Position numbers and translations under genes: made by a program
Part shown: in pieces, positions 26,693 to 34,112 of the stretch
Layout: every line of letters starts with the position of its first letter
Position numbering within the stretch: position 1 is the stretch's first letter
Notes under the pieces: generated by a model
Database searches by the model: none
The model's input: the letters and a program-made list of their open reading frames with translations, nothing else
Told to the model about the DNA's origin: nothing
Assembly: GCA_963827685.1 (NCBI GenBank)
Contig: CAWHBU010000004.1
Location: 768,001 to 832,000, forward strand
DNA: 64,000 nucleotides
Reading direction: 5' to 3'
Origin: an uncultured delta proteobacterium
Lineage (GTDB): Bacteria > Desulfobacterota > BSN033 > UBA1163

Positions 26693-26861
26693 GTTACTTG
26701 GGTTCTTTGAGTTCTTTGAGTTCTTTGAGTTGTTTGCCTGCTGCAGGAACTCAATGAACTCAATAACCCCTGCCTATGCCGAAGCGGCTCCCGCCTACGC
26801 GAAGTCCACGCTTCGGTGGGCGTAGGTAGGTCGCGCAGGCAGGCAATGAACTCAATGAACC
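26691..26861. repeat. 9-mer palindromic array with centre CCTGCTGCAGG and nested 34-bp plus 41-bp inserts
   Basis: 26769-26789 plus 26831-26843 is the exact reverse complement of the 17633-17666 element, split by 26790-26830. Confidence 0.88.
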
Positions 26862-26877
26862 AGAAAATGGAGGCAGG

Positions 26878-27048
26878 ATGAAAGAGAAAAAATCATCGGA
26901 GAAAACCGAGACGGCGGCTCAAGCCGAACCGTTGACCCAAATTCTGACCATCAAAGATGCGGTGACGTACATCGTCGACGAGCAGGGAAACGAAGTCAAA
27001 CAAGAATCAGAAAGCAGTAAGCAGAAAGCAGAAAGCAGTGATCAGTAA
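26878..27048 (+). CDS. small hypothetical protein (56 aa)
   Basis: GGAGG RBS; C-terminus encoded by heptamer repeats. Confidence 0.45.
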   Translation: MKEKKSSEKTETAAQAEPLTQILTIKDAVTYIVDEQGNEVKQESESSKQKAESSDQ

Positions 27049-27082
27049 TTACTGCCTACTGCCTGGTGCCTACTGCATACTG
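27006..27082. repeat. AAGCAGW/CTGCCTA heptamer palindrome
   Basis: Left arm AAAGCAGTAAGCAG..., right arm TACTGCCTACTGCC... Confidence 0.8.
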
Positions 27083-27101
27083 AAGCACAGGAGGTTTAAA
27101 A

Positions 27102-28034
27102 ATGCCATTAAGATTATTTGCGACACAACTCGCAGCAAAGGTTGAGACCACGGAAGGGACGAAGGAGACGCTGGCGGCTGCCGATGCCGTCCTGGTTTCA
27201 AACATCAAGTTCAGCCCCGATATTGAAATGGCCGCGCGGGATTGTTTGAGGGGCACACTGTCGCGCGATCCGAGTATATCGGGGAAACAAAAGGCCACGA
27301 TCTCATTCGATGTCGAGATGAAAGGCTCTGGTACTGCGGGCACCGCGCCCGATTATGGGAAACTGCTCAAAGGTTGCGGCTATTCGGAGACAATCGTGGC
27401 ATCGACGTCCGTGACATATAAACCTGCCACGAACAGTCTCTCCAACTCGTTCACCCTTGCCATCTATATGGACGGCGTGATCGTGCGGATCTGGGGCGCC
27501 CGGGGAAACGTGAAGGGATCGATGAATTCGGGAAAGCCGGGGATTCTCTCATTTGAGTTCCAAGGAGCAGTCTTCGAAGTGGTCGATGGAGCTCTCCTTA
27601 CGGGAACCTCATATCCCACGACCATTCCTCCGGCCTTTCTAAATGCGTCGCTTCTGCTCGATGCTTATGCGGCGATCTGCAGCAAGGTTGATTTCGACAC
27701 GGCCAACGTCCTGGGTCTCAGAGAGAGCATCAATTCGCCATCGGGTTTTCTCTCATGCCTCATCACCGGCCGAAACCCGAAGGGGTCACTCGATCCGGAG
27801 ATTCCGCTGGTTGCAAGCTATGATTTCTTTGGAAAGTGGAAGACCCCTGCGACACTCGGATCTCTTTCTCTCGCAGCATCAGGATCCGCGGGAAATATCG
27901 TGACCGTAAGTTTCCCAAAGGTAAGATACGCCAAGATCGCATCGGAGGATCGAAACGGGATCCGGTCACTCGGCCTTGATTTCGAGGCGTGCTTAAGCAC
28001 CGGCGATGACGAGATCTCGATCGCACTAACATAG
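27102..28034 (+). CDS. major tail tube protein (non-contractile)
   Basis: LAAKVETTEG, ISFDVEMKGSGTAGTAPDYGKLLKGCG; no sheath gene in the window. Confidence 0.8.
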   Translation: MPLRLFATQLAAKVETTEGTKETLAAADAVLVSNIKFSPDIEMAARDCLRGTLSRDPSISGKQKATISFDVEMKGSGTAGTAPDYGKLLKGCGYSETIVASTSVTYKPATNSLSNSFTLAIYMDGVIVRIWGARGNVKGSMNSGKPGILSFEFQGAVFEVVDGALLTGTSYPTTIPPAFLNASLLLDAYAAICSKVDFDTANVLGLRESINSPSGFLSCLITGRNPKGSLDPEIPLVASYDFFGKWKTPATLGSLSLAASGSAGNIVTVSFPKVRYAKIASEDRNGIRSLGLDFEACLSTGDDEISIALT

Positions 28035-28054
28035 TCTCCAAAAGAAGGAGACTT

Positions 28055-28129
28055 GATTACACAGATTAAAAGGCTCGATTACACCGATTTAAAAATCTGA
28101 GTAATCTCGGTTTTAGAATCAGTGTAATC
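28055..28129. repeat. GATTACAC hairpin element, copy 4
   Basis: Same architecture; followed by AGCGAAGC and RBS. Confidence 0.85.
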
Positions 28130-28153
28130 AGCGAAGCACAAAAGGAGGATCAC

Positions 28154-28510
28154 ATGAAAAAGATATTTCTTGCTGTTCCGATCTTGGTGCTCATGGCCAC
28201 ATTGGCATTTTCAGCTACCCTAAATATCAGGGCAACGTGGACTCCCAATACGGAAGGAGACATGGCAGGTTACAACCTTTATCGAACCGATGGGAGTAGG
28301 GTGAAAATTAACTCCGTTCTGATTCCTCACCCGCCAACGTTGCCGTATGCATTCTCAGTCACGGTTCCAGATGCCTCGAGTGGAACATTAACCTTTGTTC
28401 TTACGGCCGTGGATACATCGGGGAATGAGAGTGCGGACAGCAATACAGCAAGTTATTCATACGACTTCGTTGCCCCAGGAGCGCCTAAAGCGCTGAGGGT
28501 AACACAGTGA
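28154..28510 (+). CDS. secreted fibronectin-III-like protein
   Basis: Signal peptide; WTPNTEGDMAGYNLY...FVLTAVDTSGNES..SN...PGAP..LRV. Confidence 0.78.
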   Translation: MKKIFLAVPILVLMATLAFSATLNIRATWTPNTEGDMAGYNLYRTDGSRVKINSVLIPHPPTLPYAFSVTVPDASSGTLTFVLTAVDTSGNESADSNTASYSYDFVAPGAPKALRVTQ

Positions 28511-28749
28511 TCACCGGCCATGAAAGGCGAATTATTAATCATTGCATTGTGATCGCACACTTGGCGGGCATGGTGAGTCAGGGAAAGGCATGGCAGAACA
28601 AGGAAAAGTGGGAAGATGAGGAAATTAGGAAAAGAGAGAAGGATCTGAAAACACGGATCGCAGCATTCCGGATAACCCACTCAATGGATCAAAAATATGG
28701 AATCGAAAAAGGCATCCCCGATCAGAAATCTTTGGCTGTTGATCGGTAG
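28507..28749 (+). CDS. hypothetical protein
   Basis: GTGA overlap with previous gene. Confidence 0.45.
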   Translation: MITGHERRIINHCIVIAHLAGMVSQGKAWQNKEKWEDEEIRKREKDLKTRIAAFRITHSMDQKYGIEKGIPDQKSLAVDR

Positions 28750-28861
28750 CGATAGTATAGTGATCGATTGGAATAAAAAAATAGAGATGTTTCCTCAAGT
28801 CAAGGGTGTACGGGGATGCAAAAGAACAGCATCAAAAGTCTACATATTTAGAACGGAATAG
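28697..28861 (+). CDS. small hypothetical protein (54 aa)
   Basis: MESKKASPIRNLWLLIG...; fills the gap before the next gene. Confidence 0.35.
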   Translation: MESKKASPIRNLWLLIGSDSIVIDWNKKIEMFPQVKGVRGCKRTASKVYIFRTE

Positions 28862-28864
28862 ATA

Positions 28865-29548
28865 ATGGGAATCTTTGGCGATCAAAATCAAGAGTCTGAT
28901 CCCAGTGGCTGGGAGAATGACATAGATCTATGTCAGTTTCAATTTACCGGCATAACCGGAACCTACACCGGAAGTATCAGTGTTGATCTTGAGGCCGTGC
29001 CAGCCAGCCCTAACAACAAAATGATTGTTGGTCTATATAAAGCAACTGACCTTTCTAAAGTTGCTGTCAGTGCAGAAATGACTGGGCTTGTGACGGGTTG
29101 GCAAACGGCAAACTTGATTGGTTCATTTACATTGACAAACAATGCCTATTATTGGTTGGTTGTTTCTGCTCCAAGTGGAAATGCTGGTTATAGTGCCGCT
29201 GGTGCTATCGCAGGTCAACATGGATGGGATACAAGAGCCTACGATGGCACATTACCAGACCCAATGGTAATTGATAGCACCGAACAAAAAATATGTTCCA
29301 TCTATTGCACCTATACGGCAGCTGGTGGTGCAACCCTCGAACAGGAAGGCTTTCGGTTTCGCAACGATGACGGCAGCGAATCCGGAGCGACCTGGAAGGC
29401 TAATCAGGACGCCAATGTCACCGTGCCGAAAAATCAGAACACCCGGCTCCGGATGCTTATCAATGCGACCGGCGATCCGGCGGCCGACAGCTACCAGCTC
29501 GAGTGGCGAAAGACCAATGACCCGATCTGGAGAAAAGTGGCCATGTAA
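28865..29548 (+). CDS. virion accessory/fibre protein
   Basis: Beta-sandwich N-terminus (YYWLVV); C-terminal QEGFRFRNDDGSESGATW...RLRMLI...YQLEW. Confidence 0.6.
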   Translation: MGIFGDQNQESDPSGWENDIDLCQFQFTGITGTYTGSISVDLEAVPASPNNKMIVGLYKATDLSKVAVSAEMTGLVTGWQTANLIGSFTLTNNAYYWLVVSAPSGNAGYSAAGAIAGQHGWDTRAYDGTLPDPMVIDSTEQKICSIYCTYTAAGGATLEQEGFRFRNDDGSESGATWKANQDANVTVPKNQNTRLRMLINATGDPAADSYQLEWRKTNDPIWRKVAM

Positions 29549-29560
29549 AGCGAGGCAATT

Positions 29561-30769
29561 ATGGACTTTGTTTCTCTGGTAAACGGTTTCAGCAAAACGA
29601 TGCCGAGAGGAATGCCTCCCATCTCCGTGGCGCATCCCTGTTACGGCATTATAGGAAGCTGCCATCCGGAAAAAGGATTCGTTGCGCCGAGGCGAAGATG
29701 GGCCTCGACCAATGCAATCCTCAAGGATCATCACAGGAACGTTATCAAAGCTTTGCGGTTCGCCGAGGATCACTGCCCTAAGGCCGCTGTCGCAGGCATA
29801 ATCTCGCTGCTCGCCCGCGATCCCTTCGCTCTTCCATATGTTCTGTCCGCCATCTCGAGTTATGACGGCATTGTGAGCGCGAGGGGCAGCGGGGCGCTTC
29901 AGGATGTTTGGATGAGCATGACTGCGACCCAGACACCGGTGACCACGGTCTGGTACGACCTGATGAACTTTGCAGGGTGGCAGCCGATGACCGCTCCGTC
30001 AATCACGGCTTACGCAAATGCCGGAACGGGCGGAGCGGTGCTGGATGCGGCCTCCAACGGATCATGGCTGACGAACCCGGCCGGATCCAACAAGAAGTAC
30101 ATCGTTTCGGTCGGCCTCAATGTCACCAGCATCTCGGGTTTTTCCCTCGCTCTACTCTACGATTGCCTCTGGGCGGGGTCCTACGCCATCACCTCCAACG
30201 CCACCATCAATCCGACCACCGACGTCTCGGTGACGAGGTGGGCCTCGATGACGCCCGGGAACGCGGATTTCGCCGGCGGCAACATGATGCAGACGGTCAT
30301 CTACTCCGCCACTATTACTTTCAGCGTGGCTGCCACCATCACGATCACCTACACCAATCAGATCGGAACGACGGGAAAGATCACGGTTTGGATCACCTCA
30401 TCCTCTGGAATGGCCACGAGCAGGATCGTCGGCAATACCACTTACAACTCGGCGACGGTTCTTCCCAACACCCCGTTCATGCCTCTCACGAACGGCGGGG
30501 ATTCCGGCGTGGTGAAGCTCGAGCAGGTCGTGATTTCCGGTGGCACGGTCACGGTCGGCACGGTCTACCATAAGATCGTCCGTCCGCTGATCGTAATGCC
30601 CTTCATCGCAGCGGGTTCGTACATCGAGCAAGACGCCACGCTGAATATAGGGAACATGGTCGAGCTCCGCAATGTCTCTCAAGTCTGCGGGTGCCTCGGA
30701 TGGGACCTTTTCTCCGCCGGCACCACCGCCGCCTCGATGTCGGCTTTTTTGCGGATGGTCGAAGGATAA
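29561..30769 (+). CDS. virion accessory/fibre protein
   Basis: Thr/Gly/Ser-rich beta protein (LYDCLW, TITYTNQ.GT, MPL..GDSGV). Confidence 0.6.
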   Translation: MDFVSLVNGFSKTMPRGMPPISVAHPCYGIIGSCHPEKGFVAPRRRWASTNAILKDHHRNVIKALRFAEDHCPKAAVAGIISLLARDPFALPYVLSAISSYDGIVSARGSGALQDVWMSMTATQTPVTTVWYDLMNFAGWQPMTAPSITAYANAGTGGAVLDAASNGSWLTNPAGSNKKYIVSVGLNVTSISGFSLALLYDCLWAGSYAITSNATINPTTDVSVTRWASMTPGNADFAGGNMMQTVIYSATITFSVAATITITYTNQIGTTGKITVWITSSSGMATSRIVGNTTYNSATVLPNTPFMPLTNGGDSGVVKLEQVVISGGTVTVGTVYHKIVRPLIVMPFIAAGSYIEQDATLNIGNMVELRNVSQVCGCLGWDLFSAGTTAASMSAFLRMVEG

Positions 30770-30770
30770 T

Positions 30771-32219
30771 ATGCCACGACTCTATTATGGCGACAATCGC
30801 GGATTCAGGATAAGAGGCGGACTTTTCGGAAACACGCCGCGCTCTTACGTCGAGGACTTTGTTAGACCTCCTTTCTCCGCCGCCGTCGCTCAATTCATGA
30901 GAAAGAGCTCCGCAAATAATTGGACACCCATGCCGGTAGGAATCGAGGCCGCGGCTTTTTTTCAGATGTCAGACTCAGCTTATATTTCTGACTCCGGCGA
31001 GGATACGACATACCAGTTGACGCCTCCGGGCGGCAAATCGGCGTCCGATTTTCAGGCTGGGAAGATCCGCGACAACGCAAACCCGGTCGACCTCATCGAT
31101 CTCGGCCTCGACAAATATACCGAGATCGAATTCTGCATGCAGGCGAAGGACGCCGCAGAGCAAGACTCGATCTATGAATTCAGGATCACAAAAAGCGGCA
31201 TCGTTCTCGATACCTACACCTTGACCCCCCAGTGGACGATCGGATCGGGTGGTCAACTCTATTATGGAACCGCAGTGATCACTGCCGTCGGCATCGTTCT
31301 ATCCCAAATTCAACCATCGATCACGCGGGTAACCGTGGCAACCGGCGTCGTGGCCCTCGTGAAATCCGTTCTGGAGACTATTTCGGTCACCGCGATCGGA
31401 ATCGTGGCGCTCACCAAGCAACCACGAATCGTCAGGGCATTGACCGGCACCGGCACCGTGGTTTCCTCCGCATCCAAAGTGACGATGGCCTCTGCGATTA
31501 TTGTCGCAACGGGGATCATTTCCGCGCTGATCCAGACAAGGAAAGCCATTGCTGCCGTGGCAACCGGCGTCGTGGCATTGGTTATGCAGTCGCGCATTTT
31601 GTATGCGATCGTGGCGACCGGGATCGTGGCGGTTACGAACCAAATGCGTATCACAAAAGCAACGGTGGCAACTGGCGTCCTCACTTCCAGTCAGGCGCTG
31701 GTGAAATTGGTTTCCGCCATCGTCACCGCGACCGGAATTCTATCGGCGACGCAACGAACCTTTAAGATCGCCCCGGCCATTGCCTTGGGTATCGTGAATC
31801 TCGCGATTCAGATCAGCGAGACTTTCGCCTCCGTCGCAACGGGCCTCGTCGTCTCGATCAGGAAGACGAACGTCAACAGAGCAGTGACCGCAGTCGGAAA
31901 TCTCACCTCCTCAATGCTGCGCGTGACGCTGGTGCTTGCGGCGCTGACGGCCACCGGCGTTGTCATGGCAGTCAAACAGGTAAGATATACGTTTGCATTG
32001 ACGGCGACTGGCGTGACCCTTTCATTCAGGAAGTTCTACGTTACGGCCACGATCGTCGCAACCGGGATCGCCGCAGACTCGGCCTATTTGGGCATGTTCC
32101 TTACGACTTACGCTCGGAATCTTGTGGCGATCCAAAGAGATCTCTCTTTCTCTGCCAGGGCGAGGGGGCTGAGTTTTGTGGCCTTTGCAAAAAAATTATT
32201 TTTTAGGGGGAAGCCATGA
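30771..32219 (+). CDS. repetitive fibre protein (~19-aa ATG[IV]V repeats)
   Basis: ATG at 30771 after GAAGGA; long Ala/Thr/Val/Ile repeat region. Confidence 0.65.
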   Translation: MPRLYYGDNRGFRIRGGLFGNTPRSYVEDFVRPPFSAAVAQFMRKSSANNWTPMPVGIEAAAFFQMSDSAYISDSGEDTTYQLTPPGGKSASDFQAGKIRDNANPVDLIDLGLDKYTEIEFCMQAKDAAEQDSIYEFRITKSGIVLDTYTLTPQWTIGSGGQLYYGTAVITAVGIVLSQIQPSITRVTVATGVVALVKSVLETISVTAIGIVALTKQPRIVRALTGTGTVVSSASKVTMASAIIVATGIISALIQTRKAIAAVATGVVALVMQSRILYAIVATGIVAVTNQMRITKATVATGVLTSSQALVKLVSAIVTATGILSATQRTFKIAPAIALGIVNLAIQISETFASVATGLVVSIRKTNVNRAVTAVGNLTSSMLRVTLVLAALTATGVVMAVKQVRYTFALTATGVTLSFRKFYVTATIVATGIAADSAYLGMFLTTYARNLVAIQRDLSFSARARGLSFVAFAKKLFFRGKP

Positions 32220-32371
32220 AAATTTTTGATTTCCTGTTCAAGCGAATGACCAAAGTGACCGCTGACTCAAGGAGCAAGAAAAAAGTAACATTGGACATGG
32301 TAGTCACCCGGGCCGATGGCTCGGTGGAGCGTTACATGGCCGATGAAAAGGGCCAAAGGAGGATCAAATGA
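32216..32371 (+). CDS. small hypothetical protein (51 aa)
   Basis: ATGA overlaps at both ends; VVTRADGSVE motif. Confidence 0.55.
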   Translation: MKIFDFLFKRMTKVTADSRSKKKVTLDMVVTRADGSVERYMADEKGQRRIK

Positions 32372-32577
32372 AATTGAGATTCGGAACATTTCCGAGGGAG
32401 GTGAAGCTTTACGACGGCGATGGCGTTGAGGTTTCATCGAAATTTGAAGAAGGCGTCCTCATCGGAATCGAGTTAACCAAGAAAGAGGTCCTCGCCATCT
32501 TCGGAGAGATAGAGGTCGAGAAAGCTGCGCCGGGCGAGGTACTCCGGAAAATAGCCGACGCATGGAAGGAGGGATGA
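32368..32577 (+). CDS. hypothetical protein
   Basis: AGGAGG RBS. Confidence 0.6.
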   Translation: MKLRFGTFPREVKLYDGDGVEVSSKFEEGVLIGIELTKKEVLAIFGEIEVEKAAPGEVLRKIADAWKEG

Positions 32578-32581
32578 TCGA

Positions 32582-32989
32582 ATGGACCCCTTAACTTTTT
32601 TATGGTTATTGGCTGCCGTTCTGCTCTTCGGGGCGACGATGTATACCCAGTTCGGCGAGGAATTGATCGTCGATTTCATCGATGCGACGGCAACCCCAGG
32701 CACGCATTATATCGGCGCCGGAACCGGGGCGGGCTCCTACGTCAAAGGCACGACCATTATCTTCACCGAGGTCGGCGAGGCGAGGGTATCCGCGACCAAG
32801 AGCCAACCGGCCGCGGATAAGAATCAGTGGCAGGCCACGCAAAATTATACCGGCACCAAGACGATTACGAATGCCGCCGTCTGCTCTCAAAGCACCGGAT
32901 CGAACGTGATGCTTGGCGTGGATGCGCTTTCCATCGCGGTCAACAACGGCGATTCGATCCAGTATACATTCACGCTGGAGCAGACATAG
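32582..32989 (+). CDS. tail-fibre/collar-associated structural protein
   Basis: HYIGAGTG...TEV.E.RV...TITNAAV...IAVNNGDSIQYTF. Confidence 0.6.
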   Translation: MDPLTFLWLLAAVLLFGATMYTQFGEELIVDFIDATATPGTHYIGAGTGAGSYVKGTTIIFTEVGEARVSATKSQPAADKNQWQATQNYTGTKTITNAAVCSQSTGSNVMLGVDALSIAVNNGDSIQYTFTLEQT

Positions 32990-33004
32990 GATTAGGATCC
33001 GACG

Positions 33005-33352
33005 ATGCAGGTCTTAGATTTTGATGCGGCCCTCGAGAAGCAGCCTTCCGAACAGTTGACGATCAGACTGGAACTGGCAAAGATCTATTCATCCCTGGTC
33101 GTCTCGGGTTATGTCCTCGCCACCGCCGATCTGAAGGTTTTCGACTCGGAGGGCACGGACGTCACGGCAACAATGGTCTCGGGCGCTCCCACGATCGATG
33201 CGGTCAACTATTACATTTTTACAACGATGATCGCCGGCACGGACGGAAAGGATTATTATGGCAGGCTTAAAACCACCTGGACCAAGGCAAGCCAACCTGA
33301 CCAGAAACCGGAATGCGATTTTTTGATCCAGGTGCGGCAGAAAGGATTTTAG
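33005..33352 (+). CDS. fibre-tail adaptor-like protein
   Basis: EKQPSE...AGTDGKDY...TT pattern. Confidence 0.5.
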   Translation: MQVLDFDAALEKQPSEQLTIRLELAKIYSSLVVSGYVLATADLKVFDSEGTDVTATMVSGAPTIDAVNYYIFTTMIAGTDGKDYYGRLKTTWTKASQPDQKPECDFLIQVRQKGF

Positions 33353-33375
33353 GATTTGCGTAACAAAAGAATGCC

Positions 33376-33460
33376 AGGTTGCTTGAGTTCATTGGGTCAC
33401 CTGGGTTCTTCGAGTTAACTCAAGCAACTCAATAGACCCAATAAACTCAATAAACCCAAC
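33376..33460. repeat. 9-mer palindromic array (centre GAGTTAACTC)
   Basis: Read directly from sequence. Confidence 0.85.
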
Positions 33461-33475
33461 AAAGGAGGTGAAATC

Positions 33476-33966
33476 ATGAGCGAAGTTCAAGAAAAGTTTC
33501 TGGACTATCTCAAAAAGGATCGCAGGAGGTCCTTTAACCTGAAAGAGTTCGATCCGGATCTGGATTGTGTGATCTTCTATTCGCCGATTACAGTCCTTGA
33601 CATGGAGAAGATCCTTACTCTATCGGGCGGCGGATCGAGTACGAAGGATTTTCATATTTTTATGATCCTTGAGAAGGCCGAGACGGAGAGCGGAGAGAAA
33701 GCATTTTCAATAGATTTTAGGCCATACCTCGAGAAGATGGATTGGGACATTATATCCGGGATCTCCAACCGGATCAACAAAAGAATCCCAGTCCCGGAAG
33801 TAAAAAAAACCTTAGAGACGACCCCTTCCTCTTAAATCTGTACGCTCTCGCCGACAAAAAGCGTACCTTCGTAAAAACCATATTGGAATCTGGAATCACA
33901 ATGGAAGAGTTTCAGTACCAGATCGCATTTTATGAGATCCAGGCGGAAGAAATAAATAAGGGTTAA
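33476..33966 (+). CDS. tail assembly chaperone (33476-33835) with -1 programmed frameshift extension to 33966 (lambda G/GT-like)
   Basis: Slippery A8 run at 33802-33809 (GTA AAA AAA ACC); open -1 frame ...NLRDDPFLLNLYALA...; directly before tape measure. Confidence 0.8.
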
Positions 33967-34095
33967 TTGAGTTTGTTGGGCTCATTGGGTTTATTGGGCT
34001 TATTGAGTTCATCGGGTTTATTGGGTTCGTTGGGTTTATTGGGTCTATAGGATTAACTCAAAGAACCCAAAGAACTCAAAGAACCCAAGTAACCC
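33960..34095. repeat. 9-mer palindromic array
   Basis: About 10 left units and 5 right units. Confidence 0.88.
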
Positions 34096-34112
34096 ACTGA
34101 GCGGAGCGAAAC

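Noticed and set aside
26628-26825. Short ORFs through repeat arrays (also 24818, 26111, 61062)
   Set aside because: Translations simply mirror the DNA repeats, with no RBS or protein-like content.
24763-34095. 9-mer arrays as CRISPR arrays
   Set aside because: Units are 8-9 bp, degenerate, contiguous and arranged as inverted arms, with no unique spacers and no cas genes.
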